Below, in pieces: positions 37,125-47,708 of a stretch of DNA of 64,000 nt. Within the stretch, counting starts at the first letter, position 1. Each line of letters starts with the position of its first letter. A program made the position numbers and the translations under genes. The stretch is taken from positions 4,000,001-4,064,000 of the forward strand of contig OZ254086.1 of the NCBI GenBank assembly GCA_965267575.1, in the 5' to 3' direction. Under the pieces are notes generated by a model. The model was given only the letters and a program-made list of their open reading frames with translations. It ran no database searches and had not been told where the DNA came from. The DNA is from Calditrichales bacterium. Its GTDB lineage: Bacteria; Calditrichota; Calditrichia; Calditrichales; J004.

Positions 37125-40100
37125 TTATATATCCTTAAGCAGCAATTCTTTTAATCGCTCACGAACGGATTTAACGTTGAATGGTTTGGGCAGGAAACCG
37201 TCTACACGGTTGGCCAGCAGCTCTTTTTTTACCTCGGGTTTACTGTAACCGGAGGTAACCAGGATTTTTATATCCGGTTTTAATTCACGAATCTTGAAGA
37301 ACAGATCACGGCCGTCCAGCTTCGGCATGATGATATCCAGGATAGCCAGATCGATCTCGTTCATGTGCTGTTTGAAAAGCTCCAGTCCCTCGAGGCCATC
37401 CTCCGCTAAATACGTATGATAGCCGTCGGCATTGGCAATGTCGCGCAGGATCTCCCTGATCTCTTTGGAATCATCTACCACAAGAATATTGCCGTTAGCA
37501 GAATCTTTGGCCCTGACCGCTTTTTGCGTCGCCGTCTGCTCTATAACAGGCAGATAAATAATAATCGATGTCCCCCGGCCAACCTTGGATTCGACATCAA
37601 TATAGCCGTTGTAGCGTCGCACTATATTATAGACCAGTGTAGCGCCCAACCCCTTATTACGTTCGGTTGATGTTGTACTGAAAAAGGGTTCGAAGATACG
37701 CTGCCGCGTTATTTCATCCATACCGGCGCCATTGTCATTAAATATGATCTTTACATACTCTTCATCAACAGCGTTATTGCTTATAAGAAAAGGCTCGTTG
37801 ATCGCATTGCACTGCCTGGTTTCAATAACGATCTCACCGCCGTCTTTCATTGCGTTTACAGCATTAAGGGCAAGGTTAAACAGTACCTGGTTAAAGTGGG
37901 CTTCGCTGATGCGCACATAACGTGAGGCCTTAAAACGCGTTACGATATTTATGCTATCGGGAATGGTCTTTTCAAGAAGGGTTATCGCCTGCTCTATGAT
38001 CTGATTGGGTTCAATCATGGCATCAGGATGGGTCTGGGTGGTGTCGGCATGGCTGCGCATTCGTTCCAGCAAACGATTGGCCTCGCGCAGTTTTTGCTCT
38101 ATGCTGGCTACGCTGCGCTCAGGATTCTGCTTTTTCTCGAAGGCCCTGGTCAGTTGTTCCAGATCAAGCGCCATGGCGCTGACTATATCTTTAAACTGGT
38201 CCGCAAGCACGGTAGTCAACGTACTAAAAAACTCCATCCGTTGTGTTTCGATAAAGCGTTTTTCCAGCATGCGCATATCGGTAATATCATTCCCGAAGCC
38301 CACAAGCACTTTACCGTGTTCATCGGTATCAACGATGATGTATGTCCAGCTTATTATTTTTTTTCTGTTTTCGCCGGCAAATGCATGAAATTCGACGGGT
38401 TTGTGGCTGCTTCCCACTGCAAACTCCACAGCCTCCTGCGATACATAGTTCCGGTAATTGGCATCCGCATAGAGAAGCTCTTTGTAGTGGCTATTGTTCA
38501 ACGTTTCTGAGCGTGGTATGCCAAATACGGACTCTGCTTTTTTATTCCAGATGATACATTCACCGCTTTCCATTTTTTCGGCCACGATTATGACGCCTGC
38601 TTCATCCACAAGTTCATCGGTAAAGCGTCGCGATTTACGCAACTGGTCTTTTAAAACTTCCCCTTCGCTGATATCGCGGATAACTCCCTCAATAAACGCC
38701 GGTCCGTCCGCATGCTTAACCATCCTTGCATGTTCAAGCGCCGTTATCGTTTTGCCTGTTTTTGTTTTAAGTCTGGCCACCAGGTTTTGGACAGCCGGCC
38801 GCTCACGCACCTGTTCGATAAAACGCTCTCTTTCGTCGCCGGTATCATAAAGCACACGCGCTATATCAAGATTGCGCATTTCGTTCAGTGAATCATATTC
38901 CAGCATTTTCACGAACGCCGGGTTAGCGTAAATTAGTCTGCCGTCTATTGTGGAACGGTAAATACCGTCCAGTGCGTTTTCCAGAATCTCTTTATAGGGG
39001 CCTTGGGTGCTTTCATCGCGTTGTTCCAGCAGCATGTATTTGAAACGCAGAAGGAATATGAGAACTTCGAACAAACGCGACGCAACTTCATCCGGCTCAT
39101 AGTGATTGGCGTACAGCAACACGATCACATCGCGTATGTGTCCACTGAAGTAAACCGGCAAAACAACGATGGTCTGCGCATAATTCAGGTACTCGGCATG
39201 ACCAGGATTATCCCCGGCAAAATGCAAAACGGATTTTTCCTGCGTCCGGATGCTGGTGGATATTATTTTTTCAAAGACATTGAAAACCGCCTCCTGCTCC
39301 CGCCCCAGAGTAGATTTATCAAAGAAGAGCCGATTGTTTTCGCTATCCCTATTCACCTTACATTCCAGCACCTGGTCGGCACTGTATATTTTCTTTAACA
39401 ATGCCTCGTCCAGCATCTCGCCGGATGAAGACGGCGCCTGAAGCACTTTTTGAATAAGCTGGTTAAAATAATCAAAAGCTCTTTGCTGGTAGTCAACGGT
39501 TCTTTTATACGCCAGGATCTCACTCTTATCGATCAGGATCAGGTGCAGGTCTTTGCTGTGGTTGCTCCTGAAGGCATGGATTTCCACCGGAACGAGCTTG
39601 CCGGAGTGCTCCAGAAAAGTGGTTTGAAAATGATGGGATTGTCCCATTGAGGCCCGCTCGGAAAATTTAATGATCTCGTCAAAACTGTATGTAGGTATAT
39701 AAGATGATAAATGGGTATCATTAATGTAAGGCGCGGAGTAATTGAACGTCTTAAGGAAACTCTGGTTGGCTTCCAGAATTTTGCCAAAGGCATTAACCGT
39801 AATAACATTAAATGGTGAAGCATTTATAAGCGTTTGGTAGCGCTTGCGATAAAAGCGGGCATCCCTAAGGCCTGTGCCGGCTCTGAGCAGTTTTTCGCCC
39901 AGGCTCTGCAATTGGGCAAAATCGAAATCAGACGATTCAAAAATATAGAGATTGGCCAGTTTTTGCGCGCGCGCGTACAACGGACCGTCCGCGATTTGAC
40001 CAATCACATATAGCGTTTGATCGACCAGCCCTTCATGCAGTTCTTCCAGATAATCAAAAAGTTCCTCGCCTATCCTGCTGGTTTTTAAAAGAATGCCATG

Positions 40101-40241
40101 ATACAGATTGCTGTCAAACTGACGCGGCAACTCGTCGCAGCGTTGAAAGAAAATAGTATCGAAGCGATCACTTGAAAGGGCCGGTTTTTGGTTAGACCCG
40201 GTTATACGGCTATCAATTAACAGGATAATTTTTTGAGACAT
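37125..40241 (-). CDS. Cytoplasmic multi-PAS hybrid histidine kinase-like protein (PAS/GAF-like, degenerate HisKA, HATPase, REC)
   Basis: Three PAS-like segments; QVLFNLALNAVNAM, DNGAGM, IFEPFFST; REC ILVVDD...LDIIMP...TSGY...KPF. H-box reads VLADQF. Confidence 0.88.
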   Translation of the reverse strand: MSQKIILLIDSRITGSNQKPALSSDRFDTIFFQRCDELPRQFDSNLYHGILLKTSRIGEELFDYLEELHEGLVDQTLYVIGQIADGPLYARAQKLANLYIFESSDFDFAQLQSLGEKLLRAGTGLRDARFYRKRYQTLINASPFNVITVNAFGKILEANQSFLKTFNYSAPYINDTHLSSYIPTYSFDEIIKFSERASMGQSHHFQTTFLEHSGKLVPVEIHAFRSNHSKDLHLILIDKSEILAYKRTVDYQQRAFDYFNQLIQKVLQAPSSSGEMLDEALLKKIYSADQVLECKVNRDSENNRLFFDKSTLGREQEAVFNVFEKIISTSIRTQEKSVLHFAGDNPGHAEYLNYAQTIVVLPVYFSGHIRDVIVLLYANHYEPDEVASRLFEVLIFLLRFKYMLLEQRDESTQGPYKEILENALDGIYRSTIDGRLIYANPAFVKMLEYDSLNEMRNLDIARVLYDTGDERERFIEQVRERPAVQNLVARLKTKTGKTITALEHARMVKHADGPAFIEGVIRDISEGEVLKDQLRKSRRFTDELVDEAGVIIVAEKMESGECIIWNKKAESVFGIPRSETLNNSHYKELLYADANYRNYVSQEAVEFAVGSSHKPVEFHAFAGENRKKIISWTYIIVDTDEHGKVLVGFGNDITDMRMLEKRFIETQRMEFFSTLTTVLADQFKDIVSAMALDLEQLTRAFEKKQNPERSVASIEQKLREANRLLERMRSHADTTQTHPDAMIEPNQIIEQAITLLEKTIPDSINIVTRFKASRYVRISEAHFNQVLFNLALNAVNAMKDGGEIVIETRQCNAINEPFLISNNAVDEEYVKIIFNDNGAGMDEITRQRIFEPFFSTTSTERNKGLGATLVYNIVRRYNGYIDVESKVGRGTSIIIYLPVIEQTATQKAVRAKDSANGNILVVDDSKEIREILRDIANADGYHTYLAEDGLEGLELFKQHMNEIDLAILDIIMPKLDGRDLFFKIRELKPDIKILVTSGYSKPEVKKELLANRVDGFLPKPFNVKSVRERLKELLLKDI

Positions 40242-40412
40242 TAATTTTTCTAACGAACTTTAGATGACACTTTTTTGATTTAAATCACTAAAAAAACAAA
40301 ACATTTATGTGACAGGCAACATCATCGCCATATGGCGATTGACATAACATTCTCCTTGCTCTATATTTTTTGGAGTCGTCGAACCAACATCTAATCTCAT
40401 AAAGCTTATTAT

Positions 40413-40856
40413 ATGAAAGTTATTATTAAAAAAGAATATGACGGACATTTTTACGTCGGGTCTTGCGAGAATCTGCCGGGATGTTACGCTCAAAATGAGA
40501 ATCCCGAAAAGCTGATCACCGATCTTCGCCAGGCCATTGAATTTTATCGCAAAAGTTATATGACGCGAAACCAGGATTTGCCACAACACTTTGATGCCCC
40601 CATTCTGGATTTAAAGATCCGTTTTGACAAACTGTCAACATCAAAGTTAAAAGATATTCTGGAAAACTATAATTTCCATGAAGAAAAGCATAATGAGAAG
40701 TTTTTGCTTTTTATGAATTCAAGCTTTCCTTTTAACCGCGTTCTTGTTCCCATAACCGCTGAATTGTCTCCGCTCATCGTAGCCAAGATATTTGGACGAG
40801 ATAATATTGTTTATGTCGGCAAACGTCAGGTTGGAAAGGCCATTTCAACGGCCTAG
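40413..40856 (+). CDS. HicB-like antitoxin domain fused to a degenerate HicA-like domain
   Basis: N-half [40 protein letters not shown] is HicB-like; C-half [15 protein letters not shown]...RVLVP...[11 protein letters not shown] follows the HicA pattern. Confidence 0.65.
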   Translation: MKVIIKKEYDGHFYVGSCENLPGCYAQNENPEKLITDLRQAIEFYRKSYMTRNQDLPQHFDAPILDLKIRFDKLSTSKLKDILENYNFHEEKHNEKFLLFMNSSFPFNRVLVPITAELSPLIVAKIFGRDNIVYVGKRQVGKAISTA

Positions 40857-41593
40857 CGATCCAGGCGGAAATTCTCCCCAAGATACACTTTTCTAACCTG
40901 TTCATCCGCAGCGAGTATGTCGGCTGTGCCCTCTTTCAGGATTTTTCCTTCAAATAACAAATAAGCTCTATCGGTTATCGACAATGTTTCGTGGACATTA
41001 TGATCGGTGATCAAAACGCCTATGCCGCGGTGTTTTAAACTATGCACAATATTCTGAATATCTTCCACGGCTATCGGGTCAACGCCGGCAAAAGGTTCAT
41101 CGAGCAGGATAAACTTGGGATCCGTAACCAAGGTTCGGGCAATTTCTGTGCGCCTCCTTTCACCACCTGAAAGGTGATAACCCAGGCTGTCGGCAATATG
41201 ACTAATATTGAGTTCTTCCAGCAGCCGGTCGCATTTCTCCCGCTGTGTCTTTTTATCAATACCCAGCATTTCCATAATTGACATAAGATTGTCTTTAACG
41301 CTAAGCTTCCGGAATACGCTGGCTTCCTGCGGCAGATAGGCGACGCCGTATCGGGCCCTTTTGTACATAGCCATTTTGGTTATTCTCTTATCCCCGATAA
41401 ATACGGAACCCGCGTTTGGCTTTATCATCCCGGTAATGATGTAAAACGTCGTCGTTTTTCCGGCTCCGTTCGGCCCCAGTAGTCCAACAATCTCGCCCTG
41501 GCGCACGCGCAGTGATACGTTGTTGACGACTTTCCTGCCGCCATAGATTTTTACCAGATTGTCTCCGCCCAATACGGTCGCACTATTCTCCAA
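40853..41593 (-). CDS. lptB: LPS export ABC transporter ATPase LptB
   Basis: [58 protein letters not shown]. Confidence 0.97.
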   Translation of the reverse strand: MENSATVLGGDNLVKIYGGRKVVNNVSLRVRQGEIVGLLGPNGAGKTTTFYIITGMIKPNAGSVFIGDKRITKMAMYKRARYGVAYLPQEASVFRKLSVKDNLMSIMEMLGIDKKTQREKCDRLLEELNISHIADSLGYHLSGGERRRTEIARTLVTDPKFILLDEPFAGVDPIAVEDIQNIVHSLKHRGIGVLITDHNVHETLSITDRAYLLFEGKILKEGTADILAADEQVRKVYLGENFRLDR

Positions 41594-42656
41594 ACTTCTT
41601 TTCTCCTTTATATCCTTCGGGATAATATACCCCTTGTGCTCCGCCGATTACCTGAATCGAATCCAGTTCACCCTGCCTAAAAAAAATAAAAATACTGTCT
41701 GCCGTCGCATAGCTTGTGCCCTGGTCTCCGGTTTCCTTCAAAAAGTAAAGGCTGCTGGCATTGTGACGCGAAACGATTCGGACAGGTTGCCTTTTTTGTA
41801 TAAAATATTCTATTTCGCGGCCGCGCAAACGGTTGTAATTATCGCTGACAGAATCGACGCGTGAAATGGCCTCGGCTTCCTCTTTCACATATATGTAATC
41901 GACCTCGTTGGAGTCAAAGTGAGCATTTATGAATTTGCCCGTGAGTTTGCTTTCGTCAATCCATGCACGGGGATTGCCGCGTAAACGGGCTTCTTCCGCT
42001 TTGCTCAGATAGCGGGCTGTATCGGCCAAAGCCAGAAGCGAACCGCGGGTAATGCGTACGCTATCTATGGCAACGGCGCTGCCACCGCCAGTGCGCAAAT
42101 AAGTAATATGAGCAGCCTTGACTGTAAACGTATCGCTGTCTTCATATTTTCGGAAAAGGGCGTTGCCGCTGGTCCGAAACACGGAATCCTTTTCGGAATA
42201 ATAGGCCTCGTCTCCCGTAATTTCCGCACTATCCGGATAATTGAACATGAAAACGTCTACTTTTGCTCGTGCTTCTTTTGTATCAAGATTGTAGCGTACA
42301 AATTGGGCAAAGAGCGAATCACTTTTGCTTCTAATGCGCACGCTTTTTTCCGCCTCCAGCACATCGCTGTTAACGTAATAGCGCATTTTGCCGGAGCGCA
42401 TGACCTTATGACCGTCGTCCACTTTGACGCGGCCAAACAGATCCAGCCTTTCCACGGCTTCATAATATTTGGCGCTGTCGCAATAAATATGAATCGTATC
42501 CTTTAAAACATGCACGTTACCCTTTAAGACCCGTAATTGCTGACCGGACTCTTTTCGGCCGATGTTACGATCCGCGTGTATTATTTGAAGCCGTGATGAT
42601 TGAAGCGCCCCCCACACCAAAGCGGCAACGGCAAGCACAATTAAGCCATGGCGCAT
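41583..42656 (-). CDS. LptA/OstA-like beta-jellyroll LPS transport protein (extended)
   Basis: Signal peptide, repeated GNV/CDSA.YY jellyroll strands, located between lptC and lptB. Confidence 0.8.
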   Translation of the reverse strand: MRHGLIVLAVAALVWGALQSSRLQIIHADRNIGRKESGQQLRVLKGNVHVLKDTIHIYCDSAKYYEAVERLDLFGRVKVDDGHKVMRSGKMRYYVNSDVLEAEKSVRIRSKSDSLFAQFVRYNLDTKEARAKVDVFMFNYPDSAEITGDEAYYSEKDSVFRTSGNALFRKYEDSDTFTVKAAHITYLRTGGGSAVAIDSVRITRGSLLALADTARYLSKAEEARLRGNPRAWIDESKLTGKFINAHFDSNEVDYIYVKEEAEAISRVDSVSDNYNRLRGREIEYFIQKRQPVRIVSRHNASSLYFLKETGDQGTSYATADSIFIFFRQGELDSIQVIGGAQGVYYPEGYKGEKKFGE

Positions 42657-42663
42657 GAAGATA

Positions 42664-43200
42664 TTACTTCCTTAGAACCCGGTTGGTCGATCCGCGGGAG
42701 TTCGTAATCTCGTAATTTTCCAGATTTGCGTCGCTGATAAAGCTGTCACCGTAAAGCGTGTCGCCTTCGGAAATTATTTTGACAGGAATGTGTGAAATGA
42801 TCTTTTGCGTATCGTTATTCCAGATCAGCGTGTCTGTATAAAGGGTCATGCCGGAATCGGAAACGACGACAACGTTGCCGTAGGCGGTCATATTCTGGTC
42901 GTTATCATTTACTTTGCCACCTTCGGAAGTTAACACGGAAGTGTGCTGACCTTCATTGTTAAAAAAATCAACCTTGAGGCCATCGCTGATCAATGTAAGG
43001 TTTTTAGAATTGTATTTTTCGATATGTGCCGCCCGGACGACTCCCACCTTACGCCCCTCATTGGTTATAACGAGATTGGCATCCCAGCTTTCCTGGTCGG
43101 GCAACAGTTCGTTGGTGTTGCTTTCAACGGTTTCTTCGCTTTCTCTCTGGCAGGCCGCCGCTAAAAGACAAACGGCCGTCAACAAAAATATCCATCTCAT
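42664..43200 (-). CDS. lptC: LPS export protein LptC (lipoprotein-type)
   Basis: Lipobox AAAC; GLKVDFF, MTAYGNVVV, LYTDTLIWN; position after kdsD. Confidence 0.85.
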   Translation of the reverse strand: MRWIFLLTAVCLLAAACQRESEETVESNTNELLPDQESWDANLVITNEGRKVGVVRAAHIEKYNSKNLTLISDGLKVDFFNNEGQHTSVLTSEGGKVNDNDQNMTAYGNVVVVSDSGMTLYTDTLIWNNDTQKIISHIPVKIISEGDTLYGDSFISDANLENYEITNSRGSTNRVLRK

Positions 43201-44162
43201 CAGGCGCTAATTCCTTCCTGCATCAGGTCATGTAAGTGAATAACCCCGTGTAAAACTTTCTCCTCATCAATTACCGGCATGGCGATAATGCGAAACTTTT
43301 CCATCTCCTTGTAGGCAAGAATGGCCAGTGTTTCCGGTTTGACCGTCTTTGGCGTTTTATTCATAACTGAAGCAACCGGGACAGTCATAAAGCTTTCATT
43401 GGTTTCCAGCAAACGGTTCAAATCACCGGTTGTAATTACGCCAACAAGCTTGTTGCTGTCGTCCACAACAGGACAAATACCGCGCTTGTGCGCCATCTCC
43501 ATCACCGCTGCGCGCATGGTATCATCAATTCGGCAAAAAGGCAGTTTGGCGCCGGTTTCCATAATATCACTAACACGCATAAGCAACTTTTTACCAAGCG
43601 AGCCTCCGGGGTGCAGCAAAGCAAAATCATCGGCACTGAAACCACGCGCTTCCAGCAAGGCAATCGCCAGGGCGTCACCCATAACCAGCGTTACCGTCGT
43701 ACTGGCCGTAGGCGCCAGATCATGCGGGCAGGCTTCTTCCTTTACGCTAATATCAAGAGATACGGCGGCATTGCGCGACAGAGTGGAATCACGGTTTCCG
43801 GTCATGGCAATAATCGGCACATCAAGACGTTTAAGCGCCGGCAGTATGTGCAGCAATTCCTGTGTCTCGCCGCTCTTGGAAATAGCAACTACCACATCAT
43901 CCTTATGCACCATGCCCAGATCTCCGTGCAGCCCTTCAGCGGGATGCAAAAAGTAGGAAGTGGTGCCCGTACTGGCCAGCGTGGCGGCCATTTTTTTTCC
44001 GATGGCACCGGATTTTCCCATACCGGATACAATCACGCGTCCCTTGCTGCGCAATATGGTATGAACGGCATTTTCAAAATTGACGCCTATTCTGTTTTCC
44101 AGATCCTGCAGCGCTTCACGCTCAATACGGATTACTTTACGTGCGGATTCCAAAATCGGCAT
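43200..44162 (-). CDS. kdsD: Arabinose-5-phosphate isomerase (KpsF/GutQ; SIS + CBS)
   Basis: GMGKSG..G.KMAATLASTGT, HGDLG, APTASTT, HPGGSLGKKL, CBS pair. Confidence 0.95.
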   Translation of the reverse strand: MPILESARKVIRIEREALQDLENRIGVNFENAVHTILRSKGRVIVSGMGKSGAIGKKMAATLASTGTTSYFLHPAEGLHGDLGMVHKDDVVVAISKSGETQELLHILPALKRLDVPIIAMTGNRDSTLSRNAAVSLDISVKEEACPHDLAPTASTTVTLVMGDALAIALLEARGFSADDFALLHPGGSLGKKLLMRVSDIMETGAKLPFCRIDDTMRAAVMEMAHKRGICPVVDDSNKLVGVITTGDLNRLLETNESFMTVPVASVMNKTPKTVKPETLAILAYKEMEKFRIIAMPVIDEEKVLHGVIHLHDLMQEGISA

Positions 44163-44179
44163 GTGCTGCTCTTCTCCTT

Positions 44180-44695
44180 TTAGCGACCCAGTTTTTCCAC
44201 AAGATTATGCAGCTTGCCCTGGGCCTTTAAAATCTTGTCAATTGTTTCGCGCACGGCGCCACGACCGCCATGCTGGATGGTTGTATAATCGCAGATAGCC
44301 TTAACATCATCACGTGCGTTGGCCACAGCCACCGAAAAACCGACCTGCTTCAAAACCGGCATGTCCTGTATGTCATCACCGATATAACAAATCTCTTCAT
44401 CACTTAAATCCAGCTCGCGCTTCAAATCGGTATAGGGTACACGCTTATCAAAATGGCCCTGCGAAATCCAATCATACTTCAATTCTGTGGCTCTTCTTTT
44501 AACCATCTCAGACAAGCGTCCCGTAATGATCGCCGTTTTTAAACCGGCCATACGCGCCATGGTTATACCCATCCCGTCCTGAATATGAAACTCCTTAATT
44601 TCCGAACCGGTCGAAGTATAAATGATGCGCCCGTCTGTCAGCACACCGTCAACATCCATGGCAATAAGCTTTATTTTAATCAGCTTTTCTTTCAT
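44180..44695 (-). CDS. kdsC: KDO-8-phosphate phosphatase
   Basis: MDVDGVLTDG, YIGDDIQD, GGRGAVRE. Confidence 0.95.
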   Translation of the reverse strand: MKEKLIKIKLIAMDVDGVLTDGRIIYTSTGSEIKEFHIQDGMGITMARMAGLKTAIITGRLSEMVKRRATELKYDWISQGHFDKRVPYTDLKRELDLSDEEICYIGDDIQDMPVLKQVGFSVAVANARDDVKAICDYTTIQHGGRGAVRETIDKILKAQGKLHNLVEKLGR

Positions 44696-44697
44696 AT

Positions 44698-45546
44698 TTA
44701 CAAACCCATTTCGTCCCGGGCCATATGGGGCTTTATCAGCTTGTCGATAGCCGTAAGTTGGTTGAGAAGGTCTTCCAGACGCTGCAACGGCAGCATACTG
44801 GCGGCATCACAAAGGGCATTGTCACAATCCGGGTGCGTTTCAATAAAAACAGCATCAACACCGGCTGCCACACCCGCACGGCTCAGCCCGAAAATAAATT
44901 CTTTAGCGCCGCCCCGCTTGTCACTGCTGCTAACCCCGTATTTGCGAATAGCGTGTGTCGGGTCCAACACCACGGGATATCCTAAATCACGCATGATCTT
45001 CAGGTTGCGCATATCCATAACCAGGTTGTGATAGCCAAACATGTTACCGCGGTCAGTCAATAAAATGTTGTGATTGTTTTCCTGCTCGATTTTGCCTATA
45101 GCCGCTTTCAGGTCGCTGGCTGCCAAAAACTGCCCTTTTTTGACATTGATGGTTTTGCCGGTTTGGGCAACAGATTGTAAAAGTGTGGTCTGCATGGAGA
45201 GAAACGCCGGTATCTGGATAACGTCCAGCACTTCGGCACAGGCTTCGGCATCGTGCGCGTCATGGATATCGCTAAGCACGGGCAGTTCCAGCTCGTCCTT
45301 TACTTTTTGCAGAATGCGCAGGCCCTCCTCAAGGCCCGGTCCCTGGAAAGAAGTGGCCGAGGAACGGTTATCTTTGAGGTAAGAAGATTTAAAAATAAGC
45401 GGCATGTCCAGTTTATCGGCTATCGCTTTTACGCTTTCCGCCGTTTTCATAACCAGCTTTTCGCTTTCAATAACGCAGGGTCCAGCGATCAGCGCCAATG
45501 GGTGACCCTCTCCAATAGAAATATTGCCAATTTTTACAATCTGCAT
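44698..45546 (-). CDS. kdsA: KDO-8-phosphate synthase
   Basis: IAGPCVIES, FKSSYLKDNRSS, QIPAFL, NVKKGQFL, DPTHA, FIETHP. Confidence 0.95.
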   Translation of the reverse strand: MQIVKIGNISIGEGHPLALIAGPCVIESEKLVMKTAESVKAIADKLDMPLIFKSSYLKDNRSSATSFQGPGLEEGLRILQKVKDELELPVLSDIHDAHDAEACAEVLDVIQIPAFLSMQTTLLQSVAQTGKTINVKKGQFLAASDLKAAIGKIEQENNHNILLTDRGNMFGYHNLVMDMRNLKIMRDLGYPVVLDPTHAIRKYGVSSSDKRGGAKEFIFGLSRAGVAAGVDAVFIETHPDCDNALCDAASMLPLQRLEDLLNQLTAIDKLIKPHMARDEMGL

Positions 45547-45660
45547 CTATAACTCCGCTAAATAATTATAAATTCGAAATATACAGTTTTTATAACATTG
45601 CCGCAAAGACCGGACATATAATGCTTGCCTGATAATCACGGGTTTTTGCATATTGCCGCA

Positions 45661-46353
45661 ATGGAACTCTTTTACGCACACCCCGGCGATATTGATTCGG
45701 AATTTTTAAGCCTGGATGACTTTGAAACGCGTCATATCCGCAATACGTTGCGCAAGCGCCCCGGAGATGTAATTGTTGTAGGAGACGGCCGGGGAAAGCG
45801 ATACCACGCAGAGATTACGCGTCTGAAACCACAGATCACCTGCCGCATACAACAAGCCGAGGAACAACCTGCACCACCGGGCTTTGCTTTGGCACTAGGC
45901 TTCATCCGTCCCAACCGGCTGGAATGGATTTTGGAAAAAGCAACGGAATTGGGCGTAACCGATTTTCTGCTGGTACGCACGCGCCACAGCACGTATTTCA
46001 GCAATAATGCAGAGCGTTTTGAAAAAATTGTCCGCCAGGCGATGAAGCAATCTTTGCGCTTTTACAAACCCGCCGTTCACCTGTTACCGGACTTCCAATC
46101 ATTCCTTGACCAAAGCGTGGCTTTTCCATGGCGCGCTGCGGCCATCGACGAAAGCTGTCCGCCCCTGGCCGATCTGACACCGCAACCCGGCGCCCCTGTT
46201 TTAATAAGCATCGGTCCGGAAGGCGGTTTTGACGAGGAAGAGACAGCGGCCTTTGCCAAAAACGGCTTTCACAAAGTTTCGCTTGGGCCTAACCGGCTTC
46301 GCGCGGAGACAGCCGCGCTGGCAGCCTGCTCCTGGCTGATGCTGAAGCGCTAG
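45661..46353 (+). CDS. rsmE: 16S rRNA m3U1498 methyltransferase
   Basis: HIRNTLRK, EKATELGV, IGPEGGF, LGPNRLRAETAA. Start probably ATG 45661. Confidence 0.95.
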   Translation: MELFYAHPGDIDSEFLSLDDFETRHIRNTLRKRPGDVIVVGDGRGKRYHAEITRLKPQITCRIQQAEEQPAPPGFALALGFIRPNRLEWILEKATELGVTDFLLVRTRHSTYFSNNAERFEKIVRQAMKQSLRFYKPAVHLLPDFQSFLDQSVAFPWRAAAIDESCPPLADLTPQPGAPVLISIGPEGGFDEEETAAFAKNGFHKVSLGPNRLRAETAALAACSWLMLKR

Positions 46354-46799
46354 ATCACCCGCAATTCATCTACCTTAAAGCTGCGCTCGCAATAGTCGCA
46401 ACGCAGGGCCACCGGCTGGCGCGATACTGTTGTGAAGCGCGTGGTCATCTCTTCTGCGTTGGTGATGCATTTGGGATTGGCACACTGAGCCAGACCGATG
46501 ATTTTTTCCGGAATCTGCACCACCCTTTTGTCCACGACCTGGTAATCGCGGATAATAATAACGTTGGCCGTCGGGGCAATCAACGCAATACTGTTAACTT
46601 CCGCCGGGGTCAGCTCGCGCCCTTCGATCTTCACAATGTCTTTGCGGCCGTGTTTCTTGCTGGCAAAATTTATGCCCACCGTAACAATATCATCCGCCCT
46701 GGGCTTAATGATACTTACAACCTTGAGCGCTTTGTTAGCCGGAATGTGATCGATGACCGTGCCTTCTTTGATCGGGTCTACCTTAAGCTTTTTCATCAT
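46350..46799 (-). CDS. pyrI: Aspartate carbamoyltransferase regulatory chain
   Basis: IKEGTVIDHIP, KDIVKIE, CANPKCIT, CDYCE. Confidence 0.96.
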   Translation of the reverse strand: MMKKLKVDPIKEGTVIDHIPANKALKVVSIIKPRADDIVTVGINFASKKHGRKDIVKIEGRELTPAEVNSIALIAPTANVIIIRDYQVVDKRVVQIPEKIIGLAQCANPKCITNAEEMTTRFTTVSRQPVALRCDYCERSFKVDELRVI

Positions 46800-47698
46800 A
46801 AGGCCTCCAGCAGGGTTGAAAGTATCGCCTGACGCATATAGACGCCGTTTCCGGCCTGCTCGAAATAATAGGCCGAAGGAAGCTTGTCTACATCGGGATG
46901 GATTTCATTGACGCGTGGCAAGGGATGCAGAATTTTGAAATTCTTTTTAACACTTTCCAGCTGCGCCGCGTGGATGATGTAGGCGTTTTTGACCTTTTCA
47001 TATTCCTGCGGGTCGGCAAAGCGCTCTCTTTGGATACGTGTCACATACATAATATCCAGGTCGCTCACAATGTCCTCAAAAGTTTCGCGCTGCTCAAAAG
47101 GAATTTCCATCTTCTGCAGATCATCTGTTATATACGGCGGCATAGCAAGTGATTCCGGAGAAACGAAATAAAAGCGCGGTGAAAAATAAGAGAGGGCGTA
47201 AACGAGCGAATGCACCGTGCGGCCATATTTCAGATCACCAACCATGGCGATGTTAAGATCCTGCAGAGTACCTTGTGTTTTGAATATGGAATACATGTCC
47301 AAAAGCGATTGCGTCGGGTGCTGATTGGAGCCGTCGCCGGCGTTAACAACCGGCACATCCACCTGCTCCGAGATGTAGCGCGCCGCTCCCTCATTGGGGT
47401 GGCGAACGACGATAATGTCGGCATACTGGTTGACCACGCGCACCGTGTCGGAGAGGGTTTCGCCCTTTTCCACGGAAGTGCCCTTGGTGCCGGACATGGT
47501 GATCACTTCCCCTCCCAGCCGCTTCATAGCGGTGTCAAACGAGAGCTGCGTCCGGGTGGACGGCTCAAAAAAAAGCGAACCCATAACACGACCTTCCAGT
47601 CGCGGTCTGAGCTCGCCTTTTTCGATGCGCTCTGCTTTGGAGACAAGATCAAGTATCTGTTCCTTTCGCAGGTCGCGCATGGATATCAGATTTTTCAT
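46796..47698 (-). CDS. pyrB: Aspartate carbamoyltransferase catalytic chain
   Basis: FFEPSTRT, HPTQSLLD, GDLKYGRTVHSL, HPLPR. Confidence 0.97.
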   Translation of the reverse strand: MKNLISMRDLRKEQILDLVSKAERIEKGELRPRLEGRVMGSLFFEPSTRTQLSFDTAMKRLGGEVITMSGTKGTSVEKGETLSDTVRVVNQYADIIVVRHPNEGAARYISEQVDVPVVNAGDGSNQHPTQSLLDMYSIFKTQGTLQDLNIAMVGDLKYGRTVHSLVYALSYFSPRFYFVSPESLAMPPYITDDLQKMEIPFEQRETFEDIVSDLDIMYVTRIQRERFADPQEYEKVKNAYIIHAAQLESVKKNFKILHPLPRVNEIHPDVDKLPSAYYFEQAGNGVYMRQAILSTLLEAL

Positions 47699-47708
47699 GG
47701 CGCTTTCC

